Shown here: in pieces, positions 1 to 9,716 of the stretch
How the letters are laid out: every line of letters begins with the position of its first letter
Numbering within the stretch: the stretch's first letter is position 1
Source: Acidobacteriota bacterium
GTDB lineage: Bacteria; Acidobacteriota; UBA890; WLXD01
Direction: 5' to 3'
Assembly: GCA_965205505.1 (NCBI GenBank)
Contig: CBDBHB010000009.1
Span: forward strand, 896,001 to 960,000
Length of the DNA: 64,000 nt
Translations under genes and position numbers: made by a program
The notes under the pieces: model-generated
Database searches by the model: none
What the model was told of the DNA's origin: nothing
The model's input: only the letters and a program-made list of their open reading frames with translations

Positions 1-1605
1 GGGAATGCCGCTCTCTACCAGCACCGTGCCGCCGGTCGGCGCTTCGCCGGCTCGGGGCGTCTCTCCCATGTGGCGCCAGCGTGCCGCATCACCGGCCTCC
101 TGCACGCTCAAGCCGAAGTCGATGAGGTTGGCCAGCACCTGTGTATGGCCCTGCGGCTGCATGTTGCCGCCCATGACGCCGAACGTCAGCCACGGCACGC
201 CGTCCTTGGTCACCATGCCCGGCATGTTGGTGTGCAGCGAGCGCTTGTGAGGTTCCAGCACGTTCAGGTGGCCCTGCTCGAGGCTGAAGCCGATGCCGCG
301 GTTCTGCATTGCGAAGCCGAGGTCTCCGGGCACCACCCTGGAACCGAACGAGTCGAAGATGCTCTGGATCAGCGATACGGCGTTGCGGTCCTTGTCGACC
401 ACCGACAGATAAACGGTGTCGCCGTGCTCGAGCGGGTCGCCTGGTGTCACGGTGAGCGCCGCGCGCGCCGCGTCGACCATGGCGCGTCGGCTGACCCCGT
501 AGGGCTTGGAGATGAGCTCCGCCACCGGCAGCGCGTTGAACTCGGGGTCGGCGACGTAATGAGTGCGGTCGGCGAAGGCGAGCTTCTTGGCCTCGATCAT
601 TCGATGTAGCGTGGCGGCGCTGTTGTGCCCCAGGCTCGCGAGGTCGTAGCCCTCGAGGATGTTGAGCATCATCAGCGCGGTGATGCCGTGACTGTTGGGC
701 GGTAGCTCCCAGACCTCGTGGCCGTGGTAGCTGGTACTCACGGGCTCGACCCAGGTCGACGTGTGCTCTTCGAAGTCGCGCTTGGAGAAGTAGCCATTGT
801 TGGCTTCGCTGAAGGCAACGATGCGATCGGCTATGGCGCCTCGATAGAAGACGTCGCGGCCTTCGTTGCCGATCGCCTCGTACACGCGAGCGAGGTTCTG
901 ATTGCGGAAGACGTCGCCCTTCTTTGGGGCGTGCCCGCCGGGGAGGTAGGTCTTGGCGGAATCCGGCCACTCGGCCAGCGCTGCCTCCTCCTCCTGCCAT
1001 TGGCCGGCGATGATCTCGCTGACCGGGAACCCGTCGCGTGCGTATGCGATCGCCGGTGCCAGCACCTGCACGAGCGTCATCGTTCCGTGTTGTTCGAGCA
1101 GCTCCGCCCAGGCGTCGACCGCGCCGGGCACCGTCCAGGGCACCAGGCCTCTGCCTGGGATCCGATCGAGATTACGCTTGCGTAGCGCTTCCAGACTCAG
1201 CGCGTAGGGGGACCTACCGGTGCCGTTGAGGGCGTAGAGCTTCTGCTGTTCGGCGTTCCAGACGATGGCGAACAGATCGCCACCGATGCCGTTCATGTGC
1301 GGCTCGACCAGCCCTAGCATGGCGTTGACCGCTACCGCCGCGTCGATGGCGTTGCCGCCCGCCTTGAGGATATCGATGCCAACTTGTGCGGCCAGCGGTT
1401 GGCTGGCGGCAACCATGCCATGGGGCGCGATCACCTCCGAGCGGCTGCCTTTGGGCGTGTGAGCCGGCCGATCGTACCCGGATCCTTGGGTGCTCGATTG
1501 ATCCTGAGCGCCCGCCGTCTCGGAGCCGGCCAGCTCAGGAAACTCACCGCTTGTGATATTCACCGCCACCATCGTGATCGCGAGCAACGCTGCACCAACA
1601 TGCAC
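1..1605 (-). CDS. ggt: gamma-glutamyltransferase (3' end runs off the window)
   Basis: Read manually. GGAGG RBS then GTG at 1605; signal-like N-terminus, then RSEVIAPHGMVAASQPLAAQVG, GGNAIDAAVA, VEPHMNGIGGDLFAIV, and later DTVYLSVVD, HTNMPGM and GVMGGNMQPQGH. Confidence 0.92.
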   Translation of the reverse strand, partial: MHVGAALLAITMVAVNITSGEFPELAGSETAGAQDQSSTQGSGYDRPAHTPKGSRSEVIAPHGMVAASQPLAAQVGIDILKAGGNAIDAAVAVNAMLGLVEPHMNGIGGDLFAIVWNAEQQKLYALNGTGRSPYALSLEALRKRNLDRIPGRGLVPWTVPGAVDAWAELLEQHGTMTLVQVLAPAIAYARDGFPVSEIIAGQWQEEEAALAEWPDSAKTYLPGGHAPKKGDVFRNQNLARVYEAIGNEGRDVFYRGAIADRIVAFSEANNGYFSKRDFEEHTSTWVEPVSTSYHGHEVWELPPNSHGITALMMLNILEGYDLASLGHNSAATLHRMIEAKKLAFADRTHYVADPEFNALPVAELISKPYGVSRRAMVDAARAALTVTPGDPLEHGDTVYLSVVDKDRNAVSLIQSIFDSFGSRVVPGDLGFAMQNRGIGFSLEQGHLNVLEPHKRSLHTNMPGMVTKDGVPWLTFGVMGGNMQPQGHTQVLANLIDFGLSVQEAGDAARWRHMGETPRAGEAPTGGTVLVESGIP

Positions 1606-1708
1606 GGGACTCCTCCTTGGACGCTGTCGATGGCAGCGAAGTTACCAGAACGAAGGGCCGAGTATCAGCGGTGAGAGAAGTCTCGCGCGGTCGCGATGTG
1701 ATCCTTTC

Positions 1709-1756
1709 TTGACAAACTGCGACAGATGCCGCACTTTAAGTGCGACAAGTGTCGCG
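1709..1756 (+). promoter_or_regulatory. probable blaI promoter (-35 TTGACA) with two palindromic operator-like sites
   Basis: TTGACA at 1709-1714; TGCGACAGATGCCGCA (1718-1733) and TGCGACAAGTGTCGCG (1741-1756) lie just upstream of a BlaI-family gene, a family that typically autoregulates. Confidence 0.6.
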
Positions 1757-1780
1757 GTTCTTGAACGAGGGAATCAGGCG

Positions 1781-2176
1781 ATGGCGAGGAAGCTCCCGCA
1801 CTTATCGAGATTCGAGCTTCAGTGCCTTCGGTTGCTGTGGCAGAGGGGAGAAGCATCCGCTGGTGTGGTCCACGCACAACTCCAAGATCCGCCCTCATAC
1901 TCGACTGTCCGGAAGATCTTCGAGCGTCTGGAGACCAAGGGCGCCATCGAGCGCGTCGGCAAGTCCGGCCGCTCGGTGGTGTATCGGCCCTCGGTCAGCG
2001 GGCCGGCAATGATCCGCAAGGAGATCGCGCGGTTGCTCGATTCGTTGTTCGACGGCTCCGCGGCTCCGTTGCTGAGCCACCTGGCACAGATGCGGGCGCT
2101 GGACCTCGACGATCTGCGTGAGATCGAGAGACAGCTAGCCGGCGAGGACGCCCTTGACCGGGAGTCGGAATCATGA
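1781..2176 (+). CDS. BlaI/MecI/CopY family transcriptional repressor
   Basis: LSRFELQCLRLLW...SYSTVRKIFERLETKG...LLDSLFDGSAAPLLSHL; ATGA overlap with the M56 gene. Confidence 0.9.
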   Translation: MARKLPHLSRFELQCLRLLWQRGEASAGVVHAQLQDPPSYSTVRKIFERLETKGAIERVGKSGRSVVYRPSVSGPAMIRKEIARLLDSLFDGSAAPLLSHLAQMRALDLDDLREIERQLAGEDALDRESES

Positions 2177-3804
2177 ACTTCCTGCAAATCGACCACCGGG
2201 CGTTCTGGGGTGCGTTCGCCATCCACATGTGGCAAAGCGCGCTCGTCGTTGCAGTACTTCTGTTGCTCGACCGCCTGCTGCGCGGCGCACCAGCCCGTCT
2301 TCGCGGCTACCTCTGGTGGATCGGGCTGCTGAAGCTGATGCTACCCGTATCGCTGCTGGCGTCCTGGGCAGCCGAATTGCTCACATCCCTCAGTGCCCCC
2401 ACGGCGAGCGTTACGGTGACGACTGCCGTGCGTGGTCTGCGAGCCGTGTTCGAGCCTCAGCTATGGACTGTTCCGGCGCCGCGCTTCGCTGGCGATGATG
2501 TTGTCTATCAGCTCCTCACCGTGGCCTGGCTGTTTGGTGCGTTGGCGGTTGCGGTGGCGCTGTGGCGTCGCAGGTCGACGCTGGTGCGGCAGCTTTCCAA
2601 TCAGGCGACTGCGCCGCTCTCCGTGCAGCTCGGTCGTGTCGCCAGCCATTATGGGGTAGATCCGGCCCGCATCGAGGTAGTGGATGAGCCAATCATTCCG
2701 AGCCTCGTCGGTTTGTGGCGACCGCGAATTCTGCTACCACGCTCATTGTGTGAGGCGCTCACCGCCAGCTAGTTGGGCGCGGTGGTGGCGCACGAAGATG
2801 CTCACCGACGGCTCGGTCATCCGCTCCAGCGGATCGTCGCATTGCCGGTACTAGTGACTTTCTACTTCTTTCCGGTTGCCTGGTTAGTGCTTGCCAGGCT
2901 CCATCGCGCCGCCGAGCTTGCTTGCGACGAAGCCGTCCTGCGCGCCGGTGTCGACGCGCGCACCTACTCGCAAGCTCTGGCGCGTACGCTCCGTCTTGGA
3001 TTCGTCCAGGGCGCTGGTGATCTTGCGCTCTTGGTACCAAGCAAATCCGTCTTCGCCGCGCGACTGCGCCACATTCACGAGATCGGGAGGCCCGTCGTCA
3101 TGACAAGACACCGCCTCGCACTGACTCTGGCGGTCATCACGTTCACCGTCTCGGTGGTGGCCGGCGCGTTCGGGACCCCGCAGGGGGCGGGCTCGGGCGA
3201 GCCGAGTCTCCCGCAGGCGCGCCGACTCGCCGCGCAGGCTGGCCTGGAGGCAGATTTTCCGCATCTGCTCGAGCTTCGAGGCGGTGGGCGTCAGGCGAAC
3301 GTCGAATTCGAGAACAGGCTGCTGCGCGATGTGCTCGAGCAGCTTGCCGGGCTGGGCGGCTTCGAGCTGGACACGTCGCAGCTTGGTGGTAGCCGGCGGG
3401 TGACGTTGGTAGCTCGCAACAGCACGGTAGTGGCCACGCTGGCGTCTCTGGCCCGATCCGCGGACCTGTGGTTCACGGTCGAGGATCGGCGGCGGTTGGT
3501 GGTGCACGAGGTGGTCTCCATCGCGGATCGCCAGAGGCCCACACGCACTCACTACGTGGCCCCGCGCTACCCGGAGCAGGCGCGCGACGACCGCATCCAG
3601 GGGGAAGTGGTTCTGGAGAGCGTCATCGGGCTCGACGGTCGGATGGAGCGCATCGTGGTGACCGGAAGCGCGCATCCGCTCCTCGACGTTACTGCGAGAG
3701 AATCCGTCGAACAATGGCGCTACGCGCCGGTCATCGTCGGCGGTCAACCGGTGAAGACGCGCCTCATGGTGACGGTCCAGTTTTTTCTGCAATCGCTGCA
3801 GTAG
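2173..3804 (+). pseudogene. BlaR1-like M56 metallopeptidase fused to a TonB C-terminal domain; in-frame TAG at 2770-2772
   Basis: GLWRPRILLP...ALTAS*LGAVVAHEDAH...ELACDEAV; C-terminal PRYPEQARDDRIQGEVVLESVIGLDG. Both ORF halves are in the same frame. Confidence 0.8.
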
Positions 3805-3988
3805 CGGCCTGTCCGCCCGCCCGGCCAGATGGCGGCAAGTTACCAGAAAGACACATCGTGCATCATGCGGCGGAAGAAAACGCGCGTGTCCTGGCCGATG
3901 GCTACTGCGTAGGCAAGATAGCTGCGTCCCTTCCGCTGCCGGGTTGGTGAGGGTCGACTTTCAGCTGCAGTAGTCGAACCCGCCGGCG

Positions 3989-5758
3989 CTATCCGACGGC
4001 GCGCAGCAGAGGATCGCTGACGCCGATCACATAGGCCGCCAGCAGGCCGAGCAGGCCGAGCACCGTCAGGTAGTAGAGGGTCGGGAGGATCGTCTTGCGC
4101 AGCGTCGAGCCCTCCTGGCCGAGCAGCCCGACGGTGGCCGACGCGGCGACGACGTTGTGGATGGCGACCATGTTGCCGGCCGCGGCGCCGACCGCCTGGA
4201 GGGCGATGATCAGCGCGCTCGACAGCGCCAGACGCTCGGCAACGCCGTACTGAAACGCCGAGAACATCAGGTTGCTGACCGTGTTGGAGCCGGCGATGAA
4301 AGCTCCAAGGGCACCGATCACGCCGGCGAAGGCGGGCCAGCTGGCCCCGACGTTCGTGGCCACCCATTCGGCCAGGGCGATGGGCATGCTCAGGTAGCCG
4401 CCGCTGTTGGCGCCGGAGTTGATGTATACGCGCACCATAGGAACGGTGAAAACGAGGACGAACCCGGCGCTGAGCAGGACGCCGGCGGATCGTGTTGCCG
4501 CTCGCAGCATCTCCGCTCCCCGCATGCGGTGTAAGAAGAATGCGAAGCCGGCTGCGGCCATGAGCACTGTGCCGGGCAGATACAAAGGCGTCGTCGCCGC
4601 GGTGATATCGGTGCCCAGAATTCCTTCCCAGTCGAAACGGGCGCGGCGGAGCCAGGCACCGAGCGGGAGCCAGGGCAGGCGCGTGAGCACCAGCATTGCG
4701 CCGACTGCTGCGTAGGGGAGCCAGGCGCGGAGCACGCTGATCGTCGGGTCGGTGGTGAGGACGTCGCGCGGGGCGCCGGTGGTGGTGGTGTTTCGGGGTG
4801 CGCCGTCGGTCTCATCCTCGAGAGGGCTTCCAGCGGTGATCTCCATGCCGCTGACCCAATCCTGCGGCCAGTTCTTGGGCGGCGGAAAATCCCAATGATC
4901 CGCCGGGACGAGCCACCCGCGTCGAATCACGGCAACGACGATAGCCAGTCCCACCGGCGCGCCGAGTAGCGAGGGGAACTCAGGCCCGAGCAGCGTTGCT
5001 GCCGCCACGTAAGGAACGGTGAACGCCAGACCGGCGAACAATGAAAGTGGCAACACCGAAAGGCCCTCGGTCCACGAGCGTCGGGCACCGAAGAACCGTG
5101 TCATCACCATCACCATGAGGGTCGGCATGAGGGTGCCCGCAATGGCATGCAGGTAGGCCGAGCGCGTCGCAACAAGGTTTACGTACTGTGCGAGCTCGAT
5201 TCCCGACGCGGCCAGTTGGGCGTCGAAGGCCGAGCTACCTACACCGCCCGCGACGCCGACCAGTATCGGCGTCCCCGCAGCCCCGAAGGTGACCGCGGTG
5301 CTCTGTATCATCATTCCGATCACCACGGCAGCCGCAGCGGGAAACCCCATTGCGACGAGCAGCGGTGCCGCGACCGCTGCCGGCGTTCCGAATCCGGCGG
5401 CGCCTTCGATGAAGGAGCCGAAGAGCCAGGCAATGACGATCACCTGAACGCGTCGATCACCACTGAGCGCACCGAAGGACCGACGAATCGCCGCCACGCC
5501 CCCGGATTCTTCGAGCGTATTGAGCAGGAGGATGGCGCCGAAGATGATCCACAGCAGGTCGAATGTGAGGAACAAGCCCTGGATCGTCGAGGCGATGACC
5601 CGGACCGGCGCGACGCCCCAGGCGCCCACGGCGATCACGACGGCGGCGAGATAAACGGCCGGCATCGCTCGCCGTGCCGGCACGCGAAAGCCGACAAGTA
5701 GGACACCGGCTAGCAGTATCGGCATGACGGCTAGTGCCGCCTGCAATCCAAGGGTCAT
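3989..5758 (-). CDS. L-lactate permease family transporter
   Basis: [23 protein letters not shown] and [15 protein letters not shown] motifs; highly hydrophobic. Confidence 0.9.
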   Translation of the reverse strand: MTLGLQAALAVMPILLAGVLLVGFRVPARRAMPAVYLAAVVIAVGAWGVAPVRVIASTIQGLFLTFDLLWIIFGAILLLNTLEESGGVAAIRRSFGALSGDRRVQVIVIAWLFGSFIEGAAGFGTPAAVAAPLLVAMGFPAAAAVVIGMMIQSTAVTFGAAGTPILVGVAGGVGSSAFDAQLAASGIELAQYVNLVATRSAYLHAIAGTLMPTLMVMVMTRFFGARRSWTEGLSVLPLSLFAGLAFTVPYVAAATLLGPEFPSLLGAPVGLAIVVAVIRRGWLVPADHWDFPPPKNWPQDWVSGMEITAGSPLEDETDGAPRNTTTTGAPRDVLTTDPTISVLRAWLPYAAVGAMLVLTRLPWLPLGAWLRRARFDWEGILGTDITAATTPLYLPGTVLMAAAGFAFFLHRMRGAEMLRAATRSAGVLLSAGFVLVFTVPMVRVYINSGANSGGYLSMPIALAEWVATNVGASWPAFAGVIGALGAFIAGSNTVSNLMFSAFQYGVAERLALSSALIIALQAVGAAAGNMVAIHNVVAASATVGLLGQEGSTLRKTILPTLYYLTVLGLLGLLAAYVIGVSDPLLRAVG

Positions 5759-5878
5759 CGCAGGACACTAGCCTGGGGCGCAGCATACGTACAGTTGACG
5801 TCGGCCATGGATTGCGTTGCCCCGCGGCGATAACCGGTGTCTCGACGTGGGCGGCGGGGCGGGAGCGGTGCGCTGGGA

Positions 5879-6496
5879 TCAGGCAGCTGCCGCCCTCGCA
5901 GCCTCGTCGCCGGTCACAATGACGCTGCCGGCCGGCCCGAGCTTCTCGACGTCGCGGAACAGCGTGCGGCGTTCGTAGATATCGCCTATATAGAGAAACT
6001 CCTGGGCACCCAAAGGATCCAGATCGGTGGGAGCTAGCGCAGCGAGAAGCAGCGACGATCCGCTCAGCGCTACGGTTCCGTTTCCGAGCTCGCGCACGTA
6101 GCAGCGACCGGTCCCCAGAATATCGGTGAATGCCGTGACACGGCAGTCGCGCACATTGAGATCGACGATCGCGAAGGTACCGTCGAGCTCCGCAGCCAAC
6201 GCTATGTGGCCGATCTCGCGCATCCGATCGAGCAGACCGGTCAGGTCGGTCGCGCTGCCGCGGTGAAACCAAGTGCCCGAGGCCAGTAGGCATCCGGCCC
6301 CGTTTGGCTCGAGGACGATCTCGCCGCCGCTGCCGTCTTGGCGCGCGAACGTAGCTGCTAGCATCCCGTCGCCTCGGAATACCTGGCGCGGCTCGGATCC
6401 GAGTAGGTCCCGGGCGCTGCACAGACCGAGGTCGAACGCCTCGGAGGCGGCATGCTGGCGGCTCGCTGGCGCGCTAACGACGAGGAAACAGCTCAT
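5879..6496 (-). pseudogene. N-terminal class II glutamine amidotransferase-like fragment of an asparagine synthase-related protein
   Basis: MSCFL start, ELDGTFAIV, TDILG, RTLFRDVEKLGPA; stops before any synthetase domain. Confidence 0.55.
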
Positions 6497-6704
6497 ATCG
6501 CGCGTTGGGAATAGAGGGGGGTCGACGGCTCACATCGAAGCTACGGGGCGGAGAGCCTGGCAAGCAAACCGAATCGTCCGGCTCCGGGCGGGTTGCGCAG
6601 GTGTGGCGCGGCCGACTAGGCGCCTGTTCAAGCGGTTAGACTCAGGGCGCGCGGATCTCAGTGCATGCGCGTCCGTGCAGCCTCAACAGCTTCTGGAGGA
6701 CCCT

Positions 6705-8108
6705 GTGTTTCGCCTCTGTGCCCTCGTGCTGGTCGCGGCGTCGGCGATCGGCGGCCTCGATCGAGAGGCGGCCACGGTCGACGAGCGCCCCAATATCCTG
6801 GTCATCTACGCCGACGATCTCGGCTACGGCGATCTCGGAGCGTACGGTCACCATACCCTGCAGACCCCCAGCTTGGATCGACTGGCGCTCGAGGGAATGC
6901 GCTTCACTTCGTACTACGCGCCCTCGCCGCTGTGCTCGCCGTCGCGCGCAGCGCTGCTTACCGGGCGAACTCCGTATCGCACTGGAATCGAGAGCTGGAT
7001 TCCACCGGGCACCGACATCCAGCTGGGGGCTGGGGAAGTCACCATTGCGACGCTGCTGCGAGCCATCGGCTACCAAACGGCGATGGCCGGCAAGTGGCAC
7101 CTGAACGGCGGTCCCGAGGTTGTCGAGCACACTCAGCCGGACGATCATGGCTTCGACCATTGGTTGGCGCTGCACGGCTGGCCGGTGCCGCACAACCGCA
7201 ACCCGCGCAACTTCTTCCGCAACGGCGAAGCGCTCGGCGAGCTCGAGGGATTCACCGCCGATATCGTCATCGACGAGGCCATTGATTGGTTGCAGAGGCG
7301 CGATCCACAGCGCTCGTTCTTCTTGTACGTGCCGATGATCGAGCCGCACTCGACCATCGCCAACCCACCCGAGTACAACGCCCTTTATGGCGAGTACACC
7401 GACGGTGTGCCAGAGCCGCTGGAGAACGGCCTACCCGCACCGCCCAGCAACTTGGCGGCGCGCGGGCCGGGCGAGTACTACGCCAATATCACCTATATGG
7501 ATCACCAGATCGGACGACTGCTGGACCGTATCGACGAGCTCGGGCTGCGCGAGCGCACGTTCGTGTTCTTTGCCTCGGACAACGGGCCGGTGACGACCGA
7601 CTGGCGTCGGTGGTGGGAGGTCAATCTTTACGGCAGCACCGGTGGCCTTCGCGGTCGCAAGCACGAGCTGTTGGAAGGCGGCATTCGGGTTCCCGCCATC
7701 GTTCGCTGGCCGGGCACCGTGGCCGCTGGCTCGCTCGCCGATGCTCCGGTGAGCGGCTACGATCTGCTGCCAACTCTGGCTACCGTGGTCGGCTTCGATG
7801 TGCCAGACGATCGACCGATCGACGGCGAGGACATCTCGGCAGTACTGCGCGGCGAGACGTGGGAGCGGCGGCGACCCTTGTACTGGGAGTTCGATAACGA
7901 ACAGGGTTTCGCCTACGCCTTGCGCGACGGCAACTGGAAACTGCTGGTCGACCGGGGCCTGGAGAGCCCGAGACTCTACAACCTCGCGACGGATCGTTTC
8001 GAGCTGTTCGACCTGGCCACCCAGCGACCCCAGGTTGTCGCCAGCCTGGTGACCAAGTTGCAGGAGATCAGTGAGAGCGTCACGGCCGATCCGTTGCGCC
8101 CCCGATGA
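6705..8108 (+). CDS. formylglycine-dependent (Cys-type) sulfatase
   Basis: RPNILVIYADDLGYGD, CSPSRAALLTGR, GKWHL, SDNG, LEGGIRVP; GGAGG RBS before GTG at 6705. Confidence 0.92.
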   Translation: MFRLCALVLVAASAIGGLDREAATVDERPNILVIYADDLGYGDLGAYGHHTLQTPSLDRLALEGMRFTSYYAPSPLCSPSRAALLTGRTPYRTGIESWIPPGTDIQLGAGEVTIATLLRAIGYQTAMAGKWHLNGGPEVVEHTQPDDHGFDHWLALHGWPVPHNRNPRNFFRNGEALGELEGFTADIVIDEAIDWLQRRDPQRSFFLYVPMIEPHSTIANPPEYNALYGEYTDGVPEPLENGLPAPPSNLAARGPGEYYANITYMDHQIGRLLDRIDELGLRERTFVFFASDNGPVTTDWRRWWEVNLYGSTGGLRGRKHELLEGGIRVPAIVRWPGTVAAGSLADAPVSGYDLLPTLATVVGFDVPDDRPIDGEDISAVLRGETWERRRPLYWEFDNEQGFAYALRDGNWKLLVDRGLESPRLYNLATDRFELFDLATQRPQVVASLVTKLQEISESVTADPLRPR

Positions 8109-8179
8109 CCGATCTCGCTCTGGTACGTCGCAGAGCGGCCGCCATTGAGCGTTCCGTGACATCTCAGGAGCCCATCAAC

Positions 8180-9592
8180 ATGCCTCGTTGGAAAGTACTT
8201 GCCGCGTTACTTATTGCTGCGATGTTGTCGACAGTAGCCGCGGTTCCGGCGTTCTCGGGCCGGCAGCCCGAACGGTATCGGCAGCTGGCCACCGACATCC
8301 TCCGTGAGATGGTCGAGTTCCGCTCGGCCACGGGGTCCCCGGATGAGACCGCGGCGCTGCTCGCGGCGGCCATGGGCCGGCTCGTTGCGGCCGGTTTCGA
8401 CGTCGACGACATGACGTTGGTAAGCAGCCCCGGCGACATTCCGAACCTGGTGGTGCGCTATACCGGCACCGGCGCACGCCGTCCGGTGATGCTCATGGCT
8501 CACGTCGACGTCGTCGATGCCGAGCCCGAGGCTTGGCGGCTCCATCCGTTCGCCTTCCTGGAGGAGGACGGCTACTACTACGGGCGAGGAACGAGCGACA
8601 ACAAGGCCGGTGCGACGACCCTGGTGACCAACTTCATCCGGCTGCGCGAAGAGGGCTATGCGCCCGATCGCGACCTGATCATGGTCCTGACCGGCGATGA
8701 GGAGACCACCGGCGATGGTATCAACCACCTGGTCAACGACCGGCGGGACCTCGTGGATGCCGAGCTCGCACTGAACACCGATTCCGGTGGCGGCACGTAC
8801 GACCCCAACGGCGAGCCACAGATGTTCAAGGTGCAGACGAGCGAGAAGCTATACCAGAGCTATGAGCTCGAAACCTCGAACCCGGGCGGACACAGTTCGT
8901 TGCCACGTCCCGACAACGCCATCTACCGACTGGCCAAGGCACTGGGCCGCATCGAGAGCCACGACTTCCCGATCGAGCTCAACGACGGCACCCGCCTCTT
9001 CTTCCAGCGCTCTGCAGCGTTCGAGCATGGGTCGACTTCCGATCTGATGCGTGCCGTTGCCGGCGAGTCGCCCGACGAGGACGCGGCGCGCCGGTTGGCG
9101 GCGGTCAGCCCTCTGTTCAACGCTACGCTGCGTACGACGTGTGTGGCCACGATGCTGAGCGGCGGGCACGCCGAGAATGCCTTGCCGCGCGCCGCCAAGG
9201 CCACGGTGAACTGCCGCATCCTCCCGGGACACACGCCGGAGGACACCGAGGCGGTGCTACGGGGGGTCATCGCCGACGAGGGTGTTTCGATTCGGCCGAC
9301 GGGGGTAGCAACGCCGAGTGAGCCGTCTCCCTGGGATGCGCAGCTGATGGAGCCGATCGAAGAGCTCGTGCAGCAGATGTGGCCCGGAACACCGGTGATT
9401 CCGAACATGGGGACCGGTGCCACCGACGGGCTGTACGTTCGCAACGCAGGTATTCGTGTATACGCGATCGGGGCGATCTTCGCTGACCCGGGGGACGTTC
9501 GCGCCCATGGCCTCGACGAGCGCGTCGGTGTGAAGGAGTTCCACGACGCCGTCGAGTTCTGGTACCGGATGCTGAAGACGGTCAGTAGCTGA
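8180..9592 (+). CDS. M20/M25/M40 family metallohydrolase, exported
   Basis: Signal peptide; AHVDVV, GRGTSDNK, DEET, GGHSS, GATDG, AHGLDER. Confidence 0.9.
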   Translation: MPRWKVLAALLIAAMLSTVAAVPAFSGRQPERYRQLATDILREMVEFRSATGSPDETAALLAAAMGRLVAAGFDVDDMTLVSSPGDIPNLVVRYTGTGARRPVMLMAHVDVVDAEPEAWRLHPFAFLEEDGYYYGRGTSDNKAGATTLVTNFIRLREEGYAPDRDLIMVLTGDEETTGDGINHLVNDRRDLVDAELALNTDSGGGTYDPNGEPQMFKVQTSEKLYQSYELETSNPGGHSSLPRPDNAIYRLAKALGRIESHDFPIELNDGTRLFFQRSAAFEHGSTSDLMRAVAGESPDEDAARRLAAVSPLFNATLRTTCVATMLSGGHAENALPRAAKATVNCRILPGHTPEDTEAVLRGVIADEGVSIRPTGVATPSEPSPWDAQLMEPIEELVQQMWPGTPVIPNMGTGATDGLYVRNAGIRVYAIGAIFADPGDVRAHGLDERVGVKEFHDAVEFWYRMLKTVSS

Positions 9593-9716
9593 GCTGCTGG
9601 GCGGCGGATCCCGTCACGCCGCACAGGTCGGCACGCTTCCAACACGTTTTCCATTCTGGCCTCGTCATGTTGTCAAACGGACCGCCTGCGGCCGCCGCTT
9701 CCGGCACCAAGCTGGC

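Noticed and set aside
4760-4815. Short GAPR...TTTT...GAPR repeat in the lactate permease loop
   Set aside because: Ordinary variable linker.
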